Positions 1-12,410 of a stretch of 64,000 bases of DNA are shown here, piece by piece; positions within the stretch are counted from its first letter, which is position 1; the number at the start of each line of letters is the position of its first letter. Source of the DNA: Lama guanicoe (lineage: Eukaryota); the NCBI GenBank assembly GCA_013239625.1, contig MU056313.1, positions 3,722,885 through 3,786,884 on the forward strand, in the 5' to 3' direction. The notes beneath the pieces are model-generated. The model saw only the letters and a program-made list of their open reading frames with translations, ran no database searches and had not been told where the DNA came from. The position numbers and the translations under genes are program-made.

Positions 1-486
1 TAGCTTTGTAGGAAACTGTCAAAACTGTCTTCCAGGGTGACTGGACCGTTTTGCATTTCCACCAGCCATGAAGGANNNNNNNNNNNNNNNNNNNNNNNNN
101 NNNNNNNNNNNNNNNNNNNNNNNNNNNNNNNNNNNNNNNNNNNNNNNNNNNNNNNNNNNNNNNNNNNNNNNNNNNNNNNNNNNNNNNNNNNNNNNNNNNN
201 NNNNNNNNNNNNNNNNNNNNNNNNNNNNNNNNNNNNNNNNNNNNNNNNNNNNNNNNNNNNNNNNNNNNNNNNNNNNNNNNNNNNNNNNNNCAATAAACTT
301 TACTGTGCTCGCTTTGGCAGCACATACACTACATGGACTTTACTTCTTAGCGCAGTTTTAGGTTCACAGTATGTATTTCAGATTGGCTTTGTTCATTTAG
401 TAAATGTGCATTTAAGATTCCTCCATGTCTTTTCATGGGTTAATAGCTCATTTCTTTTTAGCACTGAGTAATATTCCATTGTCTGT
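1..486 (-). mobile_element. Old L1 remnant, partly N, interrupted by the U6 copy
   Basis: Antisense L1 3'-region-like text (GAAACTGTCAAAACTGTCTTCC...; AATAGCTCATTTCTTTTTAGCACTGAGTAATATTCCATTGT). Confidence 0.6.
305..331 (+). pseudogene. 3'-truncated U6 snRNA retrocopy
   Basis: GTGCTCGCTTTGGCAGCACATACACTA matches the U6 5' end (GTGCTCGCTTCGGCAGCACATATACTA) with 2 mismatches. ACTTTACT is repeated on both flanks. Confidence 0.8.
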
Positions 487-489
487 CAT

Positions 490-1742
490 AATTTTACATA
501 GTATAATAAATAATGATACTTTAAAAATGGGACATCTTGACCTAACAGAAGATTTTTCTGGCCTGCTTTTCTGTAAATTCATTGATTAGATCATTGCAAG
601 CTGTACTTTTAGCAATTTCATTTTTCATCACTATAATTGAAAGCAACATCAATCACTCTTGCCAGATGCCAGATCACTAGTAATTTTGGATAATTTTTAA
701 TTTTGAGAAAGAAGAAACTATTTCTGGAGCTCTTAAGGGCATTTGTGGTCTGTTAACACCATGATACATTTCTGATAAATTACTTTAAAATATAGTTTAG
801 CACATCTAGAGATTATTCTCAAAGAATAATTTTTCTAAAAAAAGGATTTAATTCTTAATACAAAATTGATCTCCTGTAAGTCTGAATTGAGTTGTAAATT
901 TCAAATTACACACTGGCGTTTTAATAGTTTTTCTGGTATCTCCTCTAACTTGTGGAGGTTTTTGAAACTGGCCTCATCATTTTTATGTAACTTCAAACAC
1001 TAATTTATGCACTCTGAAATTGTATCTTCAATTACAATGAAGATTTAATTTTAAGAATTTTTTCCTCGTTAATACTTGCTTTATTCGGAGCTCCTTATGG
1101 AAGTGGTGCTCTTTTCCGTTGAATGCCATGACCTTTAAATTTCATTTCCAAGCCTGTGGATATTTGCTTTGCTTTGCTTTGCAATGTTCCAGCAGTTTTA
1201 AAGACTGGAGAGGCTGAACTCTGAGAATTCTAATAGCTTCCTGATAAGCTTCAATGCAACACCCACGTGTATGGTTTCCTTTTGTAATAATTTACTGGCA
1301 AACTTTACTGCTTGAGCACCCACAGTTCCTGTCCTGGGGCTCAGGCCGGAGAGCTCATACTTGTGCAGACATTGCAAGGATGGGCTCTGGGGACAGAGGG
1401 TTGAGCTGCCTCCCACCCCAGGTGCTGGCAGCCACTCTTTTTCCCTGTGGCTGCAGCTGGTCTGTCTCCACTGCTCCTGCTGCTGCTGCTGCAACTGTCA
1501 GCAGCCCCAGTCAGGGCCAAGTCCTGGCCCGGCCACCTTGGGACCCCACTGGGCCCAGACTGTCCCCAAGGCATCCATATGTGTGCTTGGCCATCAAGCC
1601 AATTGCTCAGGGCCTGTCCCCTGATATTTCTCTGCTGCTGACATGCATATTCCATTGTCCCTTAGGGCTTCACATACAAAACACAAATGCAGAGATTAAA
1701 TTATCAAAAATTTCAAGATGGCACCAGTAGAGCATTAAACCA
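490..1742 (-). mobile_element. Fossil hAT-Tip100 (Zaphod/MER115-like) DNA transposon
   Basis: Minus strand about 550-713 translates as SFSKLKIIQNY**SGIWQE*LMLLSII...NDLINEFTEKQARKI, a decayed hAT C-terminal dimerisation domain. AATTTCAAGATGGCACCAGTAGAGCATTAAAC near 1710-1740 resembles the Zaphod/MER91 subterminal sequence. Confidence 0.7.
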
Positions 1743-2654
1743 CACACAGTAAGTGAAAGAAACCAGTCACAAAAGACCACATATCAGAGGATTCCATTTA
1801 TGTGAAACCAAGTCCCAAACTCAGGAAGGCAGGCTTGGCTTTCGCTTGTCTGTTTCCCAGTGTGGCGTCACCTCCCATCAGTAGCACCCAAGGGCCATTG
1901 GAGGTGGCGGCAGGCATCCTTTCCCCTGTGTGACGCCCCCTTCTGCTGTCTCCCAGAGCAGTTACCCCACCTCCTCCGTAGGCTCCCTCCTATGTGGTTG
2001 TGCCTGATCTTCTCCATGGACTTGCAAGACTGTTGCTCCACGATGCCAGTGGGCCCTTCCAGTTCAAAGGACCCTTCGCATCAACGTCTTCTCACGCTCA
2101 TAATCAACAAGCTGCCTGTTTTGCCAGAGAAACGACTCAATTCCTTGCATGAACTGGACCGCTCTTCTCCTCCACCCACGGCCCCTGTGTCCTCTCTATT
2201 GGCAGCAGTGGCTTGAAGAGAGGGATGCAGACAACATTCAAAGAGGTCACATTCTTACAATGCAGGGATTACAGTCTAAGGAGTGTCAGAGAAGACACGT
2301 TTGGATGGTGTGTTGTTCTATGTTTGAAGCTATAACTTCCCAACAGAAAAGCTGACCTGACCGGAATGCAAATTATTGTTCACGTTTTCCTGCATGTTCT
2401 GGATAAGACTTGCATTTGTAGTCGTGATCAATGAGGCACTGTAACGACCTTTGAGAGAGTCATTAGAAGCCCAGTGGACGGTGCAGCTTCATGAGTAATG
2501 GCGTAACCAGCATTAAATACACGGTGTGGGGAGCTGCCGAGGCTGGAGGCCTATGTGGTTCAACACATCCTGGTTCTATGGAGCCCCGAGTTGTGAGTGC
2601 GAACAATGCTGCTAACTTTTTTCATGATGAGATATAAACTTTCTTATTGAGTGT

Positions 2655-3092
2655 CCACTAGCTGATGAATGTATAACTAAAATGTGTAGTATATCCACAC
2701 AACAGAATATTATTAATTGGGCAGTAAAAATTAATGAAATACTGACACGTGCTACAACATGGATGAACCTCGGTGAAAAGGACTCAGTCACAGAAGTCCA
2801 CATAGTGTATAATTCCATTCCTGTGAAATGTCTGGAATAGGGAAGTCTGCACAGACAGAGAGTAGATTAATGGTTGCTTGGGGCTTGAGTAGAGGGGTGG
2901 AGTGGGGCATGGAGGAGTGGAGGGAGTGGGGAGTGACATCCAATGGGGACAAGGCTCCTTTTAGAAGGGACAGAAATATTCTAAAATCAGATCATGGCAA
3001 TGGTTCCCCAACCTGGTAAATGTACCAAAAAAAAAAAAAAAAGATTTTAAAGGGTGGATTGTATAATATGTGACCAATATCTTGGTAAAACT
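2655..3092 (+). mobile_element. L1M (L1MB/MC-type) 3' end
   Basis: Diagnostic text: GCTACAACATGGATGAACCTC, ACAGAGAGTAGATTAATGGTTGCTTGGGGC, GAAATATTCTAAAATCAGAT. Confidence 0.75.
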
Positions 3093-3145
3093 ATACAAAT
3101 TTTTTGTATTTGGGTTTTAAAGTATTAATGACTTATTACAAATTA

Positions 3146-3955
3146 CAGGCATACCTCATTTTCTCGCACTTTGCAGATAATTGCATTTTCTACGAATTGG
3201 ATGTTTGTGGCCACCCTGCCTACAGCAAGTCTATCGGCATCATTTTTCTAAAAGCATTAGTTCACTTTGTGTCTCTGTCTCACATTTTGGTAATTCTCGC
3301 ACTATTTCAGACTTTTTCGTGATCGTTACATGTGTTACGGTGACCTGTGATCAGTCATCTTTGAGGTTACTGTATGATTGTTTTGGGGGAGCCATGAACC
3401 ACATTCACCTAAGATAGCAAACTTAATTGATAAATGCTGTTTTGACTGTTCCACTAACTGGCTGTTTCCCCATCTCTCCCCCTCTCCTCGGGCCTCCCTA
3501 TTCTCTGAGACACAACAACATTGAAATTAGGCCCAATAATAACCCTACAATGGCCTCTAAGTATTCAAGTGAAAGGAAGAGTATGTCAGTTGGGCAGACT
3601 TCATTGTCGTCTTAAAAAGAAATTGCCGCAGCCCCAACCTTCAGCACCCGCCACCCTGACCAGTCAGNNNNNNNNNNNNNNNNNNNNNNNNNNNNNNNNN
3701 NNNNNNNNNNNNNNNNNNNNNNNNNNNNNNNNNNNNNNNNNNNNNNNNNNNNNNNNNNNNNNNNNNNNNNNNNNNNNNNNNNNNNNNNNNNNNNNNNNNN
3801 NNNNNNNNNNNNNNNNNNNNNNNNNNNNNNNNNNNNNNNNNNNNNNNNNNNNNNNNNNNNNNNNNNNNNNNNNNNNNNNNNNNNNNNNNNNNNACAATGT
3901 TTGCTGTATTGTAGTGGTCTGGACCCGAACCTGCAATATCTCCCAGGCCTGCCTG
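3146..3955 (+). mobile_element. Tigger1 internal-deletion derivative (TcMar-Tigger)
   Basis: Begins TA|CAGGCATACCTC and ends in a degenerate right TIR (CAGGCCTGCCTG). Tigger1 left and right arms are joined near 3580. Contains N run 3668-3893. Confidence 0.85.
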
Positions 3956-5312
3956 AATAATTTAACTCTAAATATTAGAAGAGTCTCACTTCAGAATTGG
4001 GTTACTTAGACTAGTAACTTCAGGCTAAGGCCAGGTTTGTAGTACAGAGCACAACAAATGAAAAAGGCTGAGTTATAAATAGGCTGGTTCTCGAGCTTCT
4101 CCCACTCTGTGACTTGCCTCCTGCTTTCCTCCAACATCTGGTCAAATACTGATGTGAGGATCTCAGCACAGCCGCTGGAACACTGGACGAAAGGAGACTC
4201 GTGGCGTGTAGCGTGCCTGGCAACGGAAGCTTATAAATCAAGCTGAAAGGTGGTGAATCCACAAGATTGATGGCTCATGGGAAAATATGCCAACTCAAAT
4301 GTAAGTTGATACCAAACCAAATGGAGAAGCATCTTCTTACCTAGCACTGCTCCCGCTGTCAGGCGGTCTTTGCGAGAATTCACTGCAGCACGTTCAATTG
4401 AAATGGAGTCTCCCATGACTTGACGCTTTCAGGTGCTGCTCAAGACGGTTTCTGACCAGCTTGCAGAAGAGATGGACAGTCTCCAGCACATGCCTTTGGC
4501 TGAAACGGCGAAAGGGATTTGAAAAACATTAATTCCGGAGCCCCTTAAAATAGCGATGGGAATATGGGGCCTTCATTTTAACTTCATTTAACCCTTGAGG
4601 ACAAGAGGCACCCCATGCCTTTACTTAGGGAAGCTTAGCCTGGCTTTAAAAACTTTTGAAAATGATCTGCCAGGGTCACGAATTAGGGATGTTCAACAGA
4701 TCAGGAATCGTGAATGTCTTTCTCTGTGAGTCTTTTCTTCCCCTCTTCTGTTTCTCTAATGGAAATGGCAGTGGTTGAAATTGCTTCTTGAAATAGCTGG
4801 AGTTCCAGCCATCTTTCAGGAATCCCCATTTTCCAGGCAAATTTTGCCTCGTAATCCTAGGTCAAGAGGTCATCTCTCTGCGATGAGACACTCAAGACTG
4901 GTTAAGAGCTGACGTCCTCTCGTCTTCTGTTTCCGGCTCACCTCTGGGGGGACTTCTCTTCTGTCTACAGGGTGCCTTTGCGCCTCTTTGTGCTGCCCGG
5001 CCTCCCCCCAGGACAGTCAAGACTCATACAAACACCAGCTCTGCTTAAACCGGAAGGGGTCTCCGTGGAACCTCCTGCAGCTCCCTCTGAATCTGCTGGT
5101 GTTCTGAATAATGACCTAAGATTTGTTTTCGTTCATGCAGTCCTTCTGCGTTTTATATTCCTGGCATCAGACTTAGGATTTGAAAGATTGCATTTCAAAT
5201 TCTCACTTTCTCTAGTTGAAAATTGTCTTATGCTATAGAGCACTAGATTGAGTTATTTACTAAGACAGTCTGCTTTTTTTTTAATGGTATATATTTTACT
5301 TATTTTCAAAAT

Positions 5313-5420
5313 ATTTTATTTATTTATTTATTTACGTATTTAATGGAGGTACTGAGGATTGAGCCCGGGACCTCTCCCATGCTAAAATTAAGCACGTGCT
5401 CTACCACTGAGCTATACCCC
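5313..5420 (-). mobile_element. tRNA-Ala-derived SINE (camelid vic-1-like)
   Basis: Reverse complement GGGGTATAGCTCAGTGGTAGAGCAC...GGGCTCAATCCTCAGTACCTCCA followed by an (AAAT)n tail. Confidence 0.8.
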
Positions 5421-6359
5421 TGTACTTTCTTTATACACTGTCTCTGACTAGAAACTTAAAAGAGCTGTTTTTCACAGACTCATGTTCCTTCCACCCTGAC
5501 TTGATTATATTTTAAGGGGTGTTAGACCAACACGTTTTCTGAACTAGGGAACACTAAATCTCCTAAGGCATATATAGAATAGTGAGTGATATTTTACATT
5601 TCATGACCAGTTTTTAAAAAGAGGGCAGGAGAAGAAGACGTGAGCTGTGGACATGGGAGACAGGGAGACAGAAGGAAAAAGGGTTTTTGGAATCTTGGAG
5701 AAGCCAGTGTTCGTCAGACCTCAAAATACCCCAGAACATGAACTAAATGCATCAGCTCTGGGATTTGGAGAAAGAACACAGTTAACTAGATGCTCCCATA
5801 AGGCCCTAACATGCAGGTGTCCAACCAGAATCATTCAGTGTTCCTGAGTGAAAGGTACAAGCACTTGGTCCATTCGACATCTTCATTCTAAGAAAACAGG
5901 CCTACTGAGAAGGGAGGGTATGTTTAAAAAACAAAGACACTGGACTAGATTAACAAAAGTTTCACGACATTCATTCAGAAAATATTTATTAATGATGTAT
6001 CACGTGTTAGCACTGTTCGAGGCACTGAAAACACAGCCATGAGCAAAACAGACATAATTCCTGCTCCCAAGGAGCTACAGTTTAGTGGGAAGAGACAGTC
6101 AAATAACCATGGGCTATAAAGAAAGGTTCACAGGAATGGGGGGATAACACGTCATTGGGACATTTTCTCTTTTCATTGGTGTTTTTTCCTTTCTGTTTGA
6201 ATTGTCTTTATCTACGATCTCAAATTTCCACAGATGCAAGATTCATTTGGATTACTGTCATATTAGCAGGACGAACATTATTAAAATTCTCTGAGAAGGT
6301 GAAGGTCAGATAAGCATCCTTTAGTTGGAGTTTCACAGACTATGGTCTTCCTCCTAATC

Positions 6360-6450
6360 ATTTATTTATTTTCAGAGGAGGTACTGGGGATTGAACCCAG
6401 AACCTCATGCATGCTAAACATGCACTCTACCACTTGAGCCATAACCTCCC
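6360..6450 (-). mobile_element. tRNA-Ala-derived SINE
   Basis: GGAGGTACTGGGGATTGAACCCAG...CTCTACCAC(T)TGAGC; same family as 5313-5420. Confidence 0.8.
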
Positions 6451-6639
6451 TTCTTTCCTCCTAATCTAGATGGCGGTGGATGAGAGTTTTGATTGGTTAG
6501 AGGAAACAGAACATTGCAGAGCGTAAAACAGGTATCCATGGAGTGGTTGCGGGACAGAGGGAGTGGGGGAAATGGACATCTGAGAGCAGAGCGCTGCAGG
6601 CAGAGGGGGAGTGAGTGACGATGTGCTCGGGACACAGCG

Positions 6640-7800
6640 AGCTGGTCCATGTGGCTGTAACAGAATGAGCATAAGAGGAGTGCCAGGAGGAGATCGAACT
6701 CGGAGCCAGGTTAAGTGGGGCCTTTTAGGCCGTCATAAGGACTTGGGTTTTACTCTATGATGGGATGCCACTGAAAGACTGACTCACTGAATCTCTTTAG
6801 CTGCTTTGTCGAAAATAAACAGAAGGCAAAGGGAACCACCAGGAAGATCGGTTAGGAGGCTGTCCTCGCAGCCTACGATCGTCCTCGCAGATGTGATTAA
6901 TAATGGTCTAGATGAGGTGTGGAGCAGGGGAGCAGCGAGCTGCCCAATGTGTTTTCCAAGGTCAGATGGACAGAATTCGCAGACAAACTTATTTTGGAGT
7001 AGAAGAGAACAAAAGGAGTCAAAGATGACTCCAAGATTTTTGGCTTCAGCAGCTAGAAGATGGAATTGCCCTTGACCATGAAGAGGAAGACTAGAAAAGA
7101 ATAAGTTCATGGCTGGGAGGGAGTATAATAGTCAGGGGCTAACATGTTCTGTTGGAGAGGTCCGTTAGATACGCGAAGGGCAGTGTTGAGAAGGCAGCTG
7201 GATATGCAAGTGTGGATAGCAGGGTTCTGTTGCTGGTATTTATTTGGGAGTCATCAGAGTGTCAAGGGTGTTTAAAGCCACCGGACAGGATGAGATCCCC
7301 TAGGGAAAGGGTGTAGCTGGAAAAGACTTCTGAAGCCTTCACCTAGGACACTCCGGGATGTGGAGGACAGGAAGAAGGGGCTATCCAGCAAAGCAGAATG
7401 AGAAGGAACCATTCGCCTCCCATCCAAGTACAAACTAACCAGGCCCGACCCTGCTTAGCTTCTGAGATCAGATGAGCTCGGGTGCGTTCAGGGTGGTATG
7501 GCCGTAGAAAGAAGGAACCATCTGTGAGATTGGAGGAGATTCTAGAGTAAGTATACTTTGTACCCTGGAGACCAAGTGGAAAAAAAAAAAAGCATTGTAA
7601 GAAAGAATGATCATTGTGTCAAATGTTGTCAGGAAAAGATAATGACAGAGAACTGACAATCGAATCTGGTAATGTGAAGGCATTTCATTGGAATGCTGGA
7701 GACAAAGCCAGGGAAAGAATGGAAGGCCAGAGAGACAAAAACAGACAGCAATTTCGAGTTGTTTCTCTATAAAAATGAACAAAGAAAATGGGATATTACT
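6640..7800 (-). mobile_element. L2 remnant hosting the 5S retrocopy
   Basis: L2-typical text (AAGGACTTGGGTTTTACTCT, GGAGTCAAAGATGACTCCAAGATTTTTGGCTT, TTGGGAGTCATCAG). Confidence 0.65.
7416..7508 (-). pseudogene. 5S rRNA retropseudogene, 3'-truncated
   Basis: Reverse complement reads TCTACGGCCATACCACCCTGAACG...CTAAGCAGGGTCGGGCCTGGTTAG...TACTTGGATGGGAG, with substitutions and a small insertion. TSD AGAAGGAACCAT at 7401-7412 and 7510-7521. Confidence 0.92.
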
Positions 7801-10800
7801 TGGCAGGGAATGTGGTGCCATTTATTGTCACTGTTTTTTTTTTTTTGTCTTCTTTTTTGTTTTTGAGATTAGAAGCATAACAACACTACATGGCAGTAGA
7901 AGAGTCCAGCGGACGGGGGAATCACGGATAACTGAGACGGAGGGCATGACTGCAGGAAGGGAGTTCCTGTGCAGGCGCGGAGCGGTTGGCCTTGGCACTG
8001 GACAGCCACCCATCATAAGGAGACGGGAGTCAGGCCGACCAGGAGTTCCAGGAGAAATAACGGGCGGAGATCTCCGGTTAACTCAGTGGTTGTTGTCAGT
8101 GAAGTGAGAGGTGAGGTCATCACCCTGTGAGTGTGGAGGGAGGAGGGGTCCTAGTGGTTTGAAGAAAGAAGAAAAAGTAGAAAAGGGATCTCGGAGAGTG
8201 AAAGAGTAAATTGACTCAGTGAAGCGGGGATGGCTTGGGCTTTGTCACAAACTGAAGGAACGGACGGTCAGCACAGTTGTGTGTTAGTCTAAGCTTCTCT
8301 CTAGCCACCCGACTGCAGAAGCCAAGTGGGCTGAGTTGGGTTTAAACAGCGTTGAGAGGTGAGGAAAGAAGCGTGCTGGCTCAGAAGGTTTGCCAGCGGG
8401 GGATCAGCTCGATGGGCCAGGAATCTGAGTCCCATAAAGCAGCAAAAGCCAAACTGAGCAGCTGAAAGGTGGGCGGGTTTGATGGGAATGTTTTGGAGGT
8501 CCTGGTGGTACCGGAGGTGCTCAGGTCAGAGTGGAGATGGGAGTGAGCCAGATCGATGGGGGGTGGTGGTCAGAGGGTGGGAGGCTGGAAACTGAGAATT
8601 TACTCTTGGAGATTCCAATAGTTGCAAAGTCTAACATGACACTGTGTAGGTGGCTGGCTGAGGTGGGATGGAAAATTTGAGGTGAGGAGGTCAAGGCCAA
8701 AGTATTGAACAGATTATTTCTGTCAGTGATTTCCAATGTTTTTGCAACTCACTGGATTAACAGACCACTTGTTAAAGTATTTAAGCAGGTCCTGCAAACT
8801 CTCTCCCACACTAAGTACTTCACGGAAGTGCTTTCCCACAATCCTAAATGCGCTCCTGTTGGCTCAAGAGGAACAAATTCTTGTTTCAGATCTTCAAATG
8901 ACGTGAAAGTGACATGTTAAAAAAAAAAGTTTTTTAATCTCTCGGTTCTGGATAGTTAACAATTTAATCTACTCCTGGAAAGAGAAATCTGATTAATTTA
9001 AGATGAATTTTAAAGACTTAAATAGAAAGACAATAATTTAAATCCTTCAATTTCTTTTTCCTTTTCTTAACCAGCTATAGGAAGCTTCTTTATTTTTCAT
9101 GATGCAATTAGAAAATTTCCGGTAAACTACATCTTAAATTTAGTCAGAATGATCCGGAAGTAACACTAAACTGACGAAGATGTGGAAAATATTTGGTGCG
9201 ACACTCAAGCACCAGCAGCTCAGAGCCGAAGCTGCTGCAAGCTTTTTGCAGTCAAAACTCTTCCATCACTATTTTACTACAGTTTATAGGCATTTTTTTC
9301 AATCTGTGATAATTCACTTTTTTCAAATTGGTGGGAAATAGAAGTTTATAGAAGCTAAAAGGCAAACGTACGCTCTAAAGATCACAGAAGAACCTTTCTG
9401 AAATTTGGAGGCTGTTATGTCTCAGGAAGGCACAAAAGTACAATAAAAGTCTGTTGTAAAGGCTGGGAATTGTTAGCTGCCACCACGTCACACCCTGGGT
9501 GGGTAAAACAGCAAGTTCTTCCCTTGGGACCAAAACCATTACCTCCACTGAGGCCACACGACCCCGTATCACTCGTCTAAAACCTGAGCCCTGGGGGAGA
9601 AAGCTAGCCAGTTGGCCCAGCATCGTTGTTCGTACGTGGGAAGTTTCTAAGATTAGTGCACTATATAAATAAGCTAAGGGCCCTGCTCAAATACAGTAAT
9701 TAGATCTTGCTGCTCAGAGCCAGTAGATAGCAAAACGCTGCTCTTTGAAGACAGTTAAGAACAGGGAAGAAAAGAAAAACTCTACATATTTTTAAAAACC
9801 GAAACAATACATTGATGCTCTAAATAATGGAGACTGCTAAATCAAGAACCTACTAGCAAGTGGGTACCTGAGGAAGTTATCTGAAAAATTGTAAGGATTT
9901 TTTTGGGGGGGGGTACTGTTATGCTGTGCCCCACAATGACTGTAGACAAGGAATCGCTCTCAACTCCTGAAAGTGTGACATTGAGGGGCTGCAAGTTTTT
10001 ATCTGGAGATCAGAAAAAAACAGACAAAAAGAAAACTCCTGTGGAGTCAGGATAACGTCCGTTACCCTAATAATGAGAGAGAAAGCTGGTCACTACCTTA
10101 CGGGGTTTACAGAAACCTTAAGTAAGAGCAGTCTGTTGCATCTGCGTGTCGCTAGATAAATGCCTTGAAATTAAGACAGGTTAGTATTTCTGTCTCATAC
10201 TTATGGACAAGACCCAGACTGCAGCTGTTAATCTTCTGTTGCTCAAAGTGTTTCCCGGAGTAGCACGCTAAAGCTGTGCTCAAAATTCTCTTTATATCCT
10301 TTTGATGACATCATACAGAAAGATGCAATTTGGCATTTACATGTTTTTTACCCTTACTTCGTATTATTTACTAATCACACCTTTTCAAAAAGGGAGGTAG
10401 GGTTTGGGCTCTTCTTTCACGGACAATACTACATAGCTGGAATTTAATAAAGTTGCTTTGTTTTCATTGTATTTTTTAATCTTTAACGCACAGAAAGTGA
10501 TACTAATTTTCCCTTTACCAAAGTGATTGATATGCTCCTTTCTAAAAGTAAGTTGACGTCAAAAAGTGAGTTGTTTTGAAGAAAAGTATAGAGTAAGTAA
10601 TACTTTTAAATATTAAATTAGAATGGTTTGTGGAAAGGGCAAACATCCATCAGGCTCTTTCTAGTGTCTGACATGTAGCAAAACCCTGCCTACAAGTCTG
10701 GTTACCACATACACAAATTAAAAGCTGTTATTTTATTTTTATTTTTTTAAGAGCTATTATTTTATAAACTACCCAATTAGTGAACCTTGTGCCAGAACTC

Positions 10801-12244
10801 TTTCCTGCGAGTAATATTAAGGGGCATGAATAAAAATCACATTTTTAGGATATCCGTATCTTAAATCACACTTTACAGCTGAACAAACTGCAGGCCAAGG
10901 ACAGGTGACCTGACTGGGGTCCTGGAGGAGCCACATCTAGAATCCTAGTCCCGACCTCTGCCTTCCCATTCAGGATGTGACAAAGGAGCTTTGGTTGCTC
11001 TGACTGATGGAGAGTTTAGGCAGCACAGCAAAGGTAATTTCAAGAAAACTTTTACTTTATTTAAAATAGATTTTGAATAACATCACATGATAAGGACTTG
11101 ATTCAAAGGCTGAAGAGCGGTCTCGCTTATTTATACCAACTGCTCCTTTAAGGCTCGTTTTCAGGTTGGGGAGATGAGGACAGACCCCTTGGAGGAAGCC
11201 ACCTGCTGGGTGTATAAAAAGGACAACGGAGCTGCCATTTTCCTGGCTGACAGTGGAGAGGGTTTGAAATTTTAAGTTATTTTGTACAGTCCTCTTTTTC
11301 TCACACTTGCATCCAGGCAAAAGAATGAATTCGTTTGAAGTTATGACCAAAAGCTCCAACTGACCCTGTTTTGACGGGCACTCCCGGTCCATTCAAATTC
11401 CCCGTGTCCTGAGTGAGTGTCTCCCCCCTCCTCACACGCACCTTCCACTCCCTCCCGCAGACTTCCAGCACCTTCCCATCTCAGCCCTTCGCTGGGAGCC
11501 TGGAAGCTGCTAGAAGAGAACGATCCCATTTTCCCAGCACCAAACTTAGCACGCGATATGCATGGATACCCATTCACTCCGAACCTCAGCACCACTGCGT
11601 TAATAGACTTTTGTCTTGTTCTGGTCACTGCTTTATCCTCAGCACCCCAAACAGTGCCCTGGAAATAACAGGTATGCAGTATTTTTGAATAAATAAGTAA
11701 AAATACTGCCCGCCCTTCTGACACATGAACTGGAGCTGCCCCTGGGCCTGCTGGACGTTAACCCCTCGTAGTCCTGGCTGTCTCTCCTTGCCCGCTCAGA
11801 TGCCACGCCTGCAATCACCACTCCGCCTCCAGCTCTCATCTGTCCCCTTCTGATGGAATATTCCAGTCAGCATATAATCATGCGACTTCCTCCTTAGGAG
11901 TTCGAATCCTCCCTTAGCTCACCTGCCCCGTCTTCCGTTCCCCTTTACATGGAACCGTGAGCTGTCCGCAGCTGCTGCCTCTGCTTCCACCCGCTCCTGC
12001 TCCTAATCCTCTCCAACCAACCCTTCATCCCAGACCCCGCAGCCAGTTAAACTTAAGGTCCTCAGCTTACTTGGGCGGTGCTTGAGATCACTCCCTTCTT
12101 GAAACACTTTCTTCACTTCTACTGCTGGTGTGCCACGTTGCCCTGGTTTATCTCACTGAGGGACCTCCCAGTCTCCTCTGCTGGCTCCTTCCCCACTTAC
12201 ACGTTGCACTGCAAGGCCGGCGCCCCCCTCCTCTGCATCCGCAC

Positions 12245-12410
12245 CAGCTTCTCCTCAAAATGTGGGTCCCTGAACCGGCAGCATCAGCACCACTGAGGAG
12301 CCTGTTAGAAATGTAGGATCTCAGGCCCCAGGCCAGAACTACTGAATCAGAATCTGCATCTTCAGAAAACTAGGTGATGCACATGCACCTCAAAATGGGA
12401 GAAGCACTGA
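12245..12410. mobile_element. MER5A (hAT-Charlie MITE)
   Basis: CAGCATCAGCACCAC...TGTTAGAAATGTAGGATCTCAGGCCCCA...ACTACTGAATCAGAATCTGCAT...GAGAAGCACTG. Confidence 0.8.

Noticed and set aside
1198-1730. Cluster of ORFs with short Gln/Ala/Cys runs
   Set aside because: GC-rich interior of the decayed hAT element containing a short (CTG)n; no coding signature.
7416-7508. Functional 5S rRNA gene
   Set aside because: Truncated, mutated, single copy with TSDs and no terminator.
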